Of a stretch of 19,765 nt of DNA, positions 8,863 to 18,970 are shown piece after piece. The stretch's first letter is position 1, and each line of letters begins with the position of its first letter. The stretch covers positions 1 through 19,765 of the forward strand of contig NW_021824166.1 in assembly GCF_006345805.1 (NCBI RefSeq), read 5' to 3'. Source of the stretch: Octopus sinensis. Taxonomy: Eukaryota. Position numbers and translations under genes: made by a program. Below the pieces are notes generated by a model. The model searched no databases. It saw only the letters and a program-made list of their open reading frames with translations, and was not told where the DNA came from.

Positions 8863-9582
8863 CATTACAGCCCCTATTTGTTCCATATACTTCTCGAGAT
8901 TTTTACGCACTGTTCCCAGGGCTCCGAAATTTATTGGTAGTACTACCACCTTTTTCAGCTTAACCTCCCAAGCTAACCTGTCATGTCTATCGACTTTTCT
9001 TTCTTCCTTATCGCATACATTGTTGTCAGCTGGGCATGCTATATATATAGGGAGAGTTTACGAAAAAAAAAAGACGAAGACAGGTGGTGTACAAAACAAA
9101 CAGATGTGTTAGTATAACGCTCAGGAATAGAAAAAGTGTTTTATCGTTTCGAGCATACGCTCTTCTACATAAAGGAACACAGAAAGAAACAAGGAGAGAA
9201 ACAAGAAGAGAAAAAATGTGTGTAGTGGCTAACGATCTATCATGATGATCCAGCATAGTTTGCTTTCTTTCTTAATTGACACTATGCCTGGCTTCCTATT
9301 CTCTATCTCATGATCGCACTGAATCATAACATCCCATAGGATCTTTGCATTATCATTTTTGTTGATGCCTTCGGGTTTATGGTCGTACCAATTTTTTGCT
9401 CTGTCAAGCCCATACTTGTCGGAAAGTGTCCAATGGACAATCCTTGCTATATTTTCGTGGAGCCTCTTATTTTCTTTCTTGGCTAGTGAAGTATATTGAC
9501 AGGTAATAGTCCATGCGGTTTCAGCATTTTGTGCACAAATTCTGCACTTATCACTTTCTGATGTGTTGTCTGTTCTGTCTAT
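8863..9582 (-). mobile_element. RLE-type LINE fragment, family B (interrupted by an insertion at 9045-9244)
   Basis: CRICAQNAET...HENIARIVHW...WYDHKPEG...ILWDVMIQCDHEIENRKPGIV...CWI | IACPADNNVCDKEERKVDRHDRLAWEVK...PINFGALGTV. Homologous to 15167-15633. Confidence 0.9.
9045..9244 (-). mobile_element. ~200-bp Penelope-like pseudo-LTR fragment with dead hammerhead, nested in LINE B
   Basis: Absent from the homologous LINE copy (15281-15310). Minus strand 9140-9173 reads ttt-ATGTAGA-a-gagc-gtat-gctc-GAAA-cg-AT-aaa. Related to 2286-2580. Confidence 0.7.
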
Positions 9583-9614
9583 TATTATTATCATCATCAT
9601 CATCATCATCATCA

Positions 9615-9696
<82 letters not shown>
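9581..9696. repeat. (ATT)n/(ATC)n microsatellite; tail/target of LINE C
   Basis: Seen directly. Confidence 0.95.
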
Positions 9697-9698
<2 letters not shown>

Positions 9699-10148
9699 TA
9701 TGTTTGACTTTTGCTTTACATTTGTACAAGTTGGCTTCAAGTCTCACCAAGAGACCTCAAGGGACAACAAGTTGAAAGCTGATGCTGGTGTCATGCCTAG
9801 GGTGCCATATATTTGGTTTTGTACATAGTGTTGTTCTAGCGAATGTTTAAGAAACCATAAGAAAATTATGTTTGTTTAAAACTTGAAATTACATAGAAAG
9901 TATCTTACGTAGGATATGAGCAGTTCCCACGAGTACTATTTTTTGAATTTCTGCCATTTTGGGGTTTCCTAATATCTGAGTTAGGTAGCAATCAACCCCT
10001 TTTGCTGTCATTCCCAGGGCACCTATGACAACAGGTACTGTTTTAGTTTTCAGGTTCCACATTTTACTGATTTCTATTTCCAGATCTATATATTTGCTCA
10101 GTTTCTGGTAGGTCTTGACAGTTACGTTTATATCGATTGCGACAGTCA
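9697..10148 (-). mobile_element. RLE-type LINE 3' end, family C
   Basis: ORF 9889-10149: KTYQKLSKYIDLEIEISKMWNLKTKTVPVVIGALG...IQKIVLVGTAHILRKILSM*, the C-terminus of the RLE domain. 3' UTR 9697-9888; (TAA)n on both sides. Confidence 0.9.
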
Positions 10149-10162
10149 TTTTATTATTATTA

Positions 10163-10223
<61 letters not shown>
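10149..10223. repeat. (ATT)n microsatellite
   Basis: Seen directly. Confidence 0.95.
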
Positions 10224-10224
<1 letters not shown>

Positions 10225-10619
10225 GCTTTTGTTGTTAATGTTGCTGTTGCTGTTGAGCGAACGGTCTTCGTACCAGAGCTCGCAAGATGGGAGAAGTCCG
10301 AAAAGTGGTCCTTTGCTATTCGTAAAACCCGCAGAAGAGAAAGCAGGTCAACCTCCGACACCGAGAGCATTGACGGATTGTTGAATGTGCATCAACGCTC
10401 AGCAGTTGCGTAGGAAGTCGGGGACAAGAAACAGGAAGAAAGAGTGAGAGAAAGTTTGGGCGAAAGAGTACAACGGGGTCGCCACCACCCCCTGCTGGAG
10501 CTTCGTGGAGCTTTATGCGTTTTCGCTCAATAAACACACACAACGCCCGGTCTAGGAATCGAAACCGCGATCCTCCGACCGCGAGTCTACTGCCCTAACC
10601 AGTGGGCCATTGCGCCTCC
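10224..10619 (-). mobile_element. Full-length tRNA-derived SINE with (CAA/CAG)-type tail (resembles octopus OR-type SINEs)
   Basis: Minus-strand head ggaggcgcaatggcccactggttagggcagtagactcgcggtc...ggtttcgattcct has an A box, a B box and a tRNA-like fold. The body ends ...cgttcgctcaacagcaacagcaac. Family name is from memory only. Confidence 0.85.
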
Positions 10620-11339
10620 CTGTTGTTGCTGTGTTAGTTGTTGTTGTCCTTGATGCTTTTGTTGCTGTTGCTGTTGTAATTATCTTGATAATTACGCAAT
10701 CGCTGATTTGTGGTTTACCAGACATATTCATAGAAATGGACGAATGCGACGCGAAGATACGTGCATATTCTTTTTCTTTTCCCTAGGACACTAAGAATGC
10801 CACAAAACACACACTCACACACCTAATAACAATTAATAATCGTTTTAGTTATTTACTGTCATCACAATACGCTTGTCATTGATCAATCATAACGCTGACG
10901 TCTCTCAGTAACCGTGTTACACGCGTCTCCATGTGCATCGCCCTAAACTTTAAACCCACGGCTGTGACACAGTAATCCTGCTCCCACCACGGCAAAAACA
11001 AACATCACAGTAACGAAGACCGCCATAACTATCAGCTCCCCACCGCCAGAAACACAACAGCGCAACCGTTATTACCACGGCCACCATCCTCACCAAAGTC
11101 AGTACCATGACGACCAGGATTCTTGAAAAGAAATCGCTCAGTTGCGAGACTTGATGTCTGAGTAATTAGCTGATAAGTGGTAATATGTCCATTATCTCGC
11201 CAGCTTTCAGTCAACTTACAATGGAGGCGCTTATCCACTCCATCTCTCACTCTTACAAAGACGCTCACTCACACTCTCTCTCTTTTATCCTCTCTCTACT
11301 CTCGCTTTCACACTCTTTGTGGCTTTTATATACATTTCT

Positions 11340-11343
11340 ATAT

Positions 11344-11403
<60 letters not shown>

Positions 11404-11406
11404 GTA

Positions 11407-11454
<48 letters not shown>

Positions 11455-11683
11455 TATATAAATGTATGTATATCTGATTTTCGTCTGTCTCGTTTCCTAT
11501 CTATTTCTCTATTTCTCTTTTCGCACATACACATACACACTCCCTCACACACGCACACATATCCACATAAATGTATTCACAAAAATAAATACACATACTT
11601 ATATACATACATCCATAATTATATATATATTTATATAAATATATATATGTATATATTTGTATATATATATGCATATATATATT

Positions 11684-11715
<32 letters not shown>

Positions 11716-11838
11716 CTTATACGCATACATGTATATACATAAAAATATATATACACCATACACACACACAAACACACACACACACACACACGCACACACA
11801 CACACACACACGCACACACACACACACACACACACATA
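11340..11838. repeat. Compound (CA)n/(TA)n microsatellite cluster
   Basis: Seen directly. Confidence 0.95.
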
Positions 11839-12079
11839 TTGGTTTTACCTTCCACTCTGTCGCACATAATTATTTTCGATATTTCTTGCTTCCATATTTA
11901 CTTGTTCGTTAGTTATTTTATCTTTATTTTTACTATTTGATAATATTTGCTTGATTGATTTTTCTCAAATATTTACTTTTATTATTTCCTATTGATGACT
12001 CTACCACTTGCGACATTGTCAGAGTGTCGGCAAAATAACTCGGATTATATGTACAGGTTCTAAACCTCCTGAGTTCAAA

Positions 12080-12918
12080 TCAGCTTATCAAGTAATCCAA
12101 CTTTACCGGGTCGCTAACCCAAGCAGCAGGCATATAGTGGGGTTGATAAAAGAGGATCGTGAAGTTGAGGTCCACAGGTCTCTCATATATAGTGCTCAGT
12201 CAGAAGTAACTGTGGATAGATTTGCTGGTTCGATTCCCAGGCGTGTCGGGCCGAGATATGCGTATTAGATATACAAACATCTCGTTCCTGGTTTACTCCT
12301 AGATCTGCTGTTTGGATCAGATTGAAAAATGCTTTACGATTCTTTCATACAGTATTCAAGTTACATGTCCCTATTAACGGAGCTGCGACCATTAAATGTA
12401 TAGGAGTAGCGACTCAATCTATGGCGATTTCTTGATCTCCAGGTTACGTATCCCGTTGAGTATCCTTAAGTGGAACCCCTTTACAGACGCTTGTATTTAT
12501 AGTCGTACTCTTCCGGTCAGCTTATCAAGTAATTCAACCATACCGGATCGCTAACCCAAGCACCAGGCACATAGTGGTGTCTCATTCATAGTACACAGTC
12601 AGAAGCAAATATGGATAGATTTTCTGGTTCCATTCCCAGCCGTGACGAACCGAGACTATGCGTATTAGATATACAAACATCTCGTTCCTAGTTTGCTCCT
12701 AGATCTGCAGTTTGGATCGGGTTGAAGAATGCTTTACTATTCTTTCATACGGTATTTAAATAATATGTCTCTATCAACGGAGCTGCGACCATTAAATGTG
12801 TAGCGGTAGCGACTCAATCTGGGGAGGTTCCTTGATCTCCAAGTTACGTATGCCGTTGAATAACCTTAAGTGGAACCTCTTACAGTCGCTTGTATTTACG
12901 GTCGTACTCTTTCGGTCA
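12080..12918. repeat. Diverged tandem duplication: 437-bp unit (12080-12516) and ~399-bp unit (12517-12915)
   Basis: Both units begin tcagcttatcaagtaat and end gtcgtactctt(c/t)cgg. The second lacks ~38 bp (gttgataaaagagg...ccacag). Confidence 0.95.
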
Positions 12919-13200
12919 TAACCAACATTCATGACCCGTGTGAGAGGATAGGCATGGAAACCGAAACGAAGATAGCAAGTTTTGCATTTTTACCAATCTC
13001 TCCTCTTCTGATGATCGAATGCTGGAACAAGGGCATTGTTGCGTCAGGACCTGCAAATTTAGCACCCAATTCAGCAACTTGCTTCTCATCACTCGTGAAT
13101 GACACCGAGAAAGACTCCTACTCAAACGAATCTGTACTCTTGTGCCTCTATAAGGAATCATGTTGTTCTGTGCATCGCTTCCCAATACGACTTCCTTCCT
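12080..13200 (-). mobile_element. RTE-clade LINE 3' fragment (RT C-terminus) with duplicated 3' end
   Basis: Minus strand: VSFTSDEKQVAELGAKF...HSIIRRGEIGKNAKLAIFVSVSMPILSHG..VMTERVRP*IQA, then IESL.LHI*WSQLR and RLGIEPANL. These match RTE-type motifs (FTSDG, AKLxxFxSxFVPILTYGHECWVMTERVR, IERSQLRW). Contains stops and frameshifts. Confidence 0.85.
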
Positions 13201-13539
13201 CTCCCTGTCCTTCCAACCCATATATGTGTGTGTATGAGTATGTTTTTAGGTTTATATGTTATCACTGAACAGTGTGGTATTAAGTGCCGTGATGTATAAG
13301 TTTTATAGGAACATGTTTGCATGTTTCTGTGCGCATACGCATGTGTGCGCGCGCGCGTTAATGTATTAAGTTCTCTGCTGGTTTTAATCATTTGAAGTCT
13401 TCCTGTAAAGAACAAAAGTTTCTAAAACTGAGGCAAAGCTCCATCGGTGGACTGGAGATACAAAAGTATTCACTTGTTGAACCTGGGAAAAGTTTTGCAC
13501 ATTTCTATTTTTCCGCTTACAGATTGTAAGCAAATTAGG

Positions 13540-13745
13540 TTTATTCTTTTATTCTTTTACTTGTTTCAATCATTTGACTGTGGCCATGTTGGAGCACTGC
13601 CTTTAGTCAAGCAAATCGACTCCATGACTTATTCTTTGTAAGCCTAGTACTTATTCTATCGGTCTCTTAGGCCGAACCGCTAAGTTACGGTGACGTAAAC
13701 ATACCAGCATCGGTTGTCAAGCGATGTTGGGAGAAAAACAGAAAC
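13540..13745 (-). mobile_element. SINE 3' half (family of 5470-5786)
   Basis: Shares acttattctatcggtct...gccgaaccgctaagt...gtaaaca.accagcatcggttgtcaagcgatgttggg with 5541-5625. Confidence 0.85.
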
Positions 13746-13763
13746 TGTGTAGAAGCACGTTCA

Positions 13764-13784
13764 ATATATGTATATATATACATA

Positions 13785-13853
<69 letters not shown>

Positions 13854-13876
13854 ATGTTTATGCATGTGTATGTATG
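13764..13876. repeat. (TA)n(TG)n microsatellite
   Basis: Seen directly. Confidence 0.95.
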
Positions 13877-13879
13877 AGC

Positions 13880-14098
13880 GTGTAGCTTTGTACTTATCCT
13901 CCCAACTCTTGTTAACTGGAGTTTGCTTGTTTACTTGTTCGTGGCATAGCAGTTCGGCAAAAGAGAACGATAGAATAAATAGTATACTTGAAAAATTTAA
14001 ATACTGTGATCAGTCTGTTCGACTAAGCCCCTTAGGCGGTGGCGCATCGTAGTCACAGTGTAGTGACTAAAATGAGTAAAAGATAAAAAAAAAGATAA
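13880..14098 (+). mobile_element. Older SINE 3' half (same body)
   Basis: tagcagttcggcaaaagagaacgatagaataa...gttcgactaa...gtgactaaa...gtaaaagataaaa matches the reverse complement of 13540-13745. Confidence 0.75.
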
Positions 14099-14169
14099 AT
14101 ATTAATAAACACAATGATGCAAATAAATACAAAACATCTCTGAAAAGTGAAAGATTTGAAAAGAAGAAG

Positions 14170-14715
14170 AAGAAGCAGCATCGACAAAAATGGTAAAACT
14201 TCTGATATCTAAGCTAAAACAGGATCAGAGGATGTCAAACGCTAACACTGACATGACAAGAAAAGTCCTTACAAGGACAGCATCAGGGGAGATAATTAGC
14301 ATAAAACTAAACACGATGGAAAAAAAGACGTGTGAAAATGGCATCAGTGGCTCGGAAAGGCAACAGTCGAGAATAAGACTTGGGGGGGATCCTAATGATT
14401 ATTTTACTAGAAAAAGTTTTCACCTGATTAATCGCCCAAAGCATTTAATGAGCCAGAACACATTAAAAAATGGCAAAATGTGTAGCAGTTGGGAAAGAAC
14501 AATTAATCAATTTGTCTCTGGCTGTCAAGGCTTAGGCAAGAAAGAATACGCCTGAAAGCATTATAGTATTGAAATACTGTTCGTTATGCAATTATTAATG
14601 AAATGCAGACAGCAACGTGGTTTGCGAGAATTTCCGTCAGGAGACGTGTCAAAGAATGAAAACGTTACCACAGTTGGAGATATGCGAATTCATACAGAAG
14701 GATCGTGTCTACCTG
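14170..14715 (+). mobile_element. Highly decayed RLE-type LINE fragment (family A-like)
   Basis: GKMCSSWERTINQFVSGCQGLGKKEYA*KH parallels CRICGNGQETINHIVSGCPVL.KK of LINE A. KNENVTTVGDMRIHT parallels ENKEVSIL.DMPVH. Confidence 0.6.
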
Positions 14716-14837
14716 CTCAGTTACTTATGTATTGTTGTTAAGGGCCATGGGGGAACGAAGCGCTCCCTGACGAAGGGAAAAGTAAAGAAGAAAAATCCGA
14801 TATGTGATAATGTATTTTTAACGGTTTTGGTTAACAT

Positions 14838-14900
14838 GCGAGTCACCAGTGACTCGCCACATCGCATTCTTAATATACCATAGGAGTCACCAGTGACTCC
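14838..14900. repeat. Two copies of the palindromic 16-mer GAGTCAC-CA-GTGACTC
   Basis: Exact copies at 14840-14855 and 14884-14899. Arms extend to 9 bp (14838-14857) and 8 bp (14883-14900). Confidence 0.95.
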
Positions 14901-14926
14901 CGATGGTGATGTTTGTTTTCCGTAGG

Positions 14927-14964
14927 CACACACGCACACACACACACACAGACACACACACACA

Positions 14965-15008
<44 letters not shown>
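14927..15008. repeat. (CA)n microsatellite
   Basis: Seen directly. Confidence 0.95.
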
Positions 15009-15009
<1 letters not shown>

Positions 15010-15166
15010 TATTCGAATTTTAGGATATGTACAGAATCACAGTCATCCCAATCATTGAAGCGCTGCTTTAAATATGATCAATGAAAAAAAAAAACTCATT
15101 CAGGCTTATATAACACTAGGCAACAATTTCAACAAATTTAGTCTTTTTTTCTTTTTATTTTCTGGA

Positions 15167-15657
15167 GGCATCGTCGAGAATAGGACTGTAAAGATCCAAT
15201 AGGATTTTATGATTCAGTGCGACCATGTGATAGAGAATAGGAAGCTGGACATAGTGTTAATTGAGAAAGAAAGCAAGCAATGCTGGATCATGGATATAGC
15301 ATGCCCAGCTGATAACAAGGTATGCGATAAGGAAGAAAGAAGAGTCGATAGACATACCAGACTAGCTTGGGAGGTTAAGCTGTTGTGGTCGCTGAAAAAG
15401 GTGGTAGTAGTACCAATAAATTTCGGAGTCCTGGGAGCAGTGAGTAAAAATCTTGAGTAGTACATGGAACAAATAGGGGTTGCGATAAGATTGGAGCACT
15501 TGCAGAAAACAGCACTGATAGGGACTGTTTGAATACTCCGGAAGGTGCTCGAAAAATATGAAGTGTTACCTTAGTTCACTGGTAGTGAACGGCTGACACC
15601 GTAGTACCTGACCAGCGTTAGAAGCTGTACAAAGATGATGATGATGATGATGATGAT
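15167..15657 (+). mobile_element. RLE-type LINE 3' end, family B, with 3' UTR and (GAT)n tail
   Basis: MIQCDHVIENRKLDIVLIEKESKQCWIMDIACPADNKVCDKEE...PINFGVLGAVSKNLE*YMEQIG...LQKTALIGTV*ILRKVLE. (GAT)n at 15634-15657. Confidence 0.9.
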
Positions 15658-16212
15658 AAATGCCCTGATGCAGTACCAGGAAGTGACTCGTGGCTTCTCA
15701 ACTTAACTGATTAGAAGTGTCATCGTGTACATTGTTTTGTCTCGGTATAAAAGATGGGCTACAGCAAATATTCTGCTCAATGCCACAGATTTGCTTGTCA
15801 GTTGTTCGACCTTAATCAGTTGATCATGTCCCTTAGTGGATAACAATATGTGCATCTCTGACCACGAACAGAAGTAGTGCGGGAGCATCATAGCCATGAG
15901 TTGAGAGGGATTCTTTGGGGTTTGAATAATTCACCTCTGGAAACATGGGTGTTTCGTTCAACATTCTTAAACAATCCTTATTTAGGGACCTTTTGAGCGG
16001 GATGGGTTACTCGATCAAACAAAATTCTAACTGGGCCCCACCTGCATGGTCATGTGCTGTTTATCTTGATATGAGATCATCATGTCGCGCACATATGGTT
16101 GTGATGCATGTACCTAGAGTACCCTTATCAGACGGGTAGACATGATGGGTGTACTGGGCTTCGTATATTTTACCCCTGTGTCACTTTGATGGCATGCACT
16201 GCTCTCTCACTC
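15658..16212 (+). mobile_element. ~555-bp non-coding interspersed element between trinucleotide tracts (class unknown; orientation inferred)
   Basis: Sharp boundaries at (GAT)n and (AAT)n, a partial second copy at 7604-7660, and no recognisable ORF or Pol III head. Confidence 0.6.
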
Positions 16213-16231
16213 AATAATAATAATAATAATA

Positions 16232-16274
<43 letters not shown>

Positions 16275-16495
16275 CCTTTCTGCTAAAGGCGCAAGGCCCG
16301 AAATTTGATAGGAGGAGACTAGTCGATAACATCAACCCCAGCGTTTCACTGATACTTAATTTATCGATTCCGAAAGGATGAAAGGATGACAGGAAAAGTC
16401 GACCTCGGTGATATTTGAACTCATAAAGATAAAATCCTTATATTTACTTATTTACGTAAATAATTAATGCTGAGCATTTTATCTACCAGCTCAGT
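16213..16495 (-). mobile_element. tRNA-derived SINE (third family) with (ATT)n tail at 16213-16273
   Basis: Minus strand: gagttcaaat B box, ccgaggtcgactttt...tcatcctttcggaatcgataaattaagtatcag...gaaaggattattatt. Homologous to 16523-16725. The head is decayed. Confidence 0.75.
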
Positions 16496-16522
16496 AATTT
16501 TTTTGTTATTACTGTTATTTCT

Positions 16523-16725
16523 GAAGGTGACATCTTGGCAAAATCGTTTGCGTGTCAGACAAAATGCCTAGAGGCATTAAGAGTTAAAATTCCGCTGAGG
16601 CTGTCTTTACGTTTCATTTTTTTTTTTTCGGAATCGATGAAAAAGTACTGAGAAATGCAGTCGATGTATTCGACTATCTTCTAAAATTCCTGGCTTTGTG
16701 CTAAAATTAGAAGCAATTATGATTA
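16523..16725 (+). mobile_element. Decayed copy of the same SINE family, opposite orientation
   Basis: gagttaaaattccgctgagg...ttcggaatcgatgaaaaagtac...gtcgatgtattcgacta...ggctttgtgctaaaattagaagcaattatgatta. Confidence 0.7.
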
Positions 16726-16879
16726 CCGAATGTCGGCATTCAAGGAGAATCATCAGGGCAGGTTTAGCAATGAACAAATGCGAAAGATTGACAGAAAATA
16801 TATATAATATACGTTTAACAAGAGAGGGACGAAATGTCCTTTAGAAAATAGACTGACACTTGATAAATCATGGATGGTA

Positions 16880-17245
16880 GAATTACTCAGTTGCTCTTGG
16901 TAAACGGAAATTCCGACGAATTTGGTAGGGTATACTGTGTAGAAGGTTATTTTGTGTGTGTATGTGTGTATTTATGTGCATGCATGTGTGTTTGTATGTA
17001 TTTCAATACATACAGGTGCATGTACGTATGTAAGTGTATTATGTGTGTCTGTTTTTCACTTCCCAAGGCTGGGACAACCGATGTTAGTTTAGGTACGTCT
17101 TCGAAACTTAGTGGCTCGGCAAAAGAAACCGATAGCGTAAGTATCATACTTAAAAATAACATGTAGTTGGATAGATTTGTTCACAGCAGTGCTCCAGTAC
17201 GGCCGAAATTCACTGACAAAATCAAATAAGAAATAAATGATAAAA
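16880..17245 (+). mobile_element. Decayed SINE (family of 5470-5786) with internal (TG/TATG) tract
   Basis: ttggtaaacggaaa/atttggtag motif, then microsatellite, then gacaaccgatgttag...cttagtggctcggcaaaagaaaccgatag...gtgctccagtacggccg. Confidence 0.7.
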
Positions 17246-17709
17246 TATCAATTTTCATATCCGAAAATATTTCAAAATTAATTGAGAACATTTAAATCAA
17301 TCTTCATAATTTACTTGACTTACATATACCAATTCATTATTAAAGTAACTAAACAATGTTTTTCTAATAATTTCTTCATTTCTTCTTGTAAATTAATTAT
17401 TCTCTGTAATTTTCGCCGCCATATCATATTTACAAATTAACATTAAAACAATATATAGTATCATTAAAGGCATGGTCCCGTTCTCGTTAAACACATTCTT
17501 ATATTTTCACACTCCTGTATACTCATTTATCTGTAAGCCCGATCCTTCATTAATGAAGACAGATGAACATTTTTATATAATTGGATTTTTCCCCTACTTC
17601 TTAGATCCTTACACTCTCTCCGTCTCTCTGCTTATATTTCCTTTCCATTTTCCCTTAATATGTAAGTATGCATGCAGACACACACACACACACAAATGCA
17701 AGCATACCA

Positions 17710-17845
<136 letters not shown>

Positions 17846-18100
17846 GTAAGAATAAGGATTTTAAAAATCCAGTAAGCTCGTAGTCTGGTGCGTATCTATC
17901 GAGAAAGGCCGTGGTTAAGGCTAAAATGTAACTTTGTCGTTCTGTAATTCCAGGAATCGCAATGGTGGAGAATACGCATAAAAATAGACCACAAAATTAA
18001 TGTCATAACTAGATGCCTATCCATTAGTTAACAGCTGTTTCATAATCGGCATTTGTTCCATAAGTCACGATAATTCATCTGTTAACATATATAAATAATT

Positions 18101-18123
18101 ACACACACACGCAAACACACACA

Positions 18124-18156
<33 letters not shown>

Positions 18157-18222
18157 GCACAATCAAACACATGCACACTCCCTCTCACATATACATGCTG
18201 CATTATATGTACACACACGCAC
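18101..18222. repeat. (CA)n microsatellite
   Basis: Seen directly. Confidence 0.9.
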
Positions 18223-18514
18223 AAAATTGTGATCTAACATAACGAACAGACTACGGTTCAGAACTGTTCATGGCAAGTTAAAGCACAAGTCTCCGGTATA
18301 AATAGCATTACTTAGGCAGAGACAGAAAATGTATTCGGATGATTTCTTCTTTACAAATACTTAAATTACCATATTTGGAGTGCACATATGGTTCATTCAT
18401 TCAGATACCACGGGATGGTTAACCCAAACATTGGAAAACAAAACCATACGAGAAACTTCTTTTTTCATACTTTATCTTTCTCTGAATGAGCATAAAAGAC
18501 GTTTATCAATTTCT

Positions 18515-18970
18515 GGATGCTGGTAATAATGATGCTGGCAGCAACAGTGATGATCATGACGAGAGCAGACAGTGGTGATACATTCGTTGGCGGTGGCTTT
18601 GTTGATGATGATGATGATGAAGAGGAGGAGGAGGAGGAGGAAGTGGGGAGACAATGATGATGTTGATGATTGTCGTAAAGTTGGTGGACTCGCCGATGGT
18701 GGTGACGAGGATGATGGTGGTGGTGGTGACGGTGATGATGATAACAACGATGATGTTGCTGGTGGTGTAGATGTGGTTATGCTGGTGATGACGATCGTAG
18801 CGGTGGTGCTACTGCTGTTGTTAGTAGCGACAACATCGTCAATGATGATGATGATGCTGATGATGATAATGATGATGAAGAAGTAAGTGATAATGAAGAA
18901 GCTACTGCTGATGTTGATGCTGATGATGGTAGTGGTGATGAAGATGATAATGATGACGATGGTGATGATG
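18515..18970. repeat. Degenerate trinucleotide low-complexity tract (GAT/GGT/GAG/GCT)
   Basis: In-phase triplet mosaic; explains ORFs 18472-19023 and 18572-18886. Confidence 0.9.

Noticed and set aside
10545-10619. tRNA gene
   Set aside because: The tRNA-like region continues into a SINE body and tail; acceptor pairing is poor and there is no oligo-T terminator.
12190-12245. tRNA/Pol III-like boxes (tagtgctcagtcag ... ggttcgattccc) in the tandem unit
   Set aside because: This is the antisense of RTE coding sequence (RLGIEPANL). No cloverleaf is evident, and the B box is altered in the second unit.
12080-12918. Tandem units as LTRs or a satellite
   Set aside because: The units translate as RTE RT C-terminus, continuous with 12916-13200; no PBS, PPT or TSD seen.
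15660-15700. cCTGATGc at the start of the 555-bp element as a hammerhead core
   Set aside because: A9 is absent and there is no downstream GAAA or stem III.
17540-17665. Possible further PLE/hammerhead remnant (cttcat-ta-atgaag, pyrimidine-rich tail)
   Set aside because: Core boxes and stems could not be placed in register.
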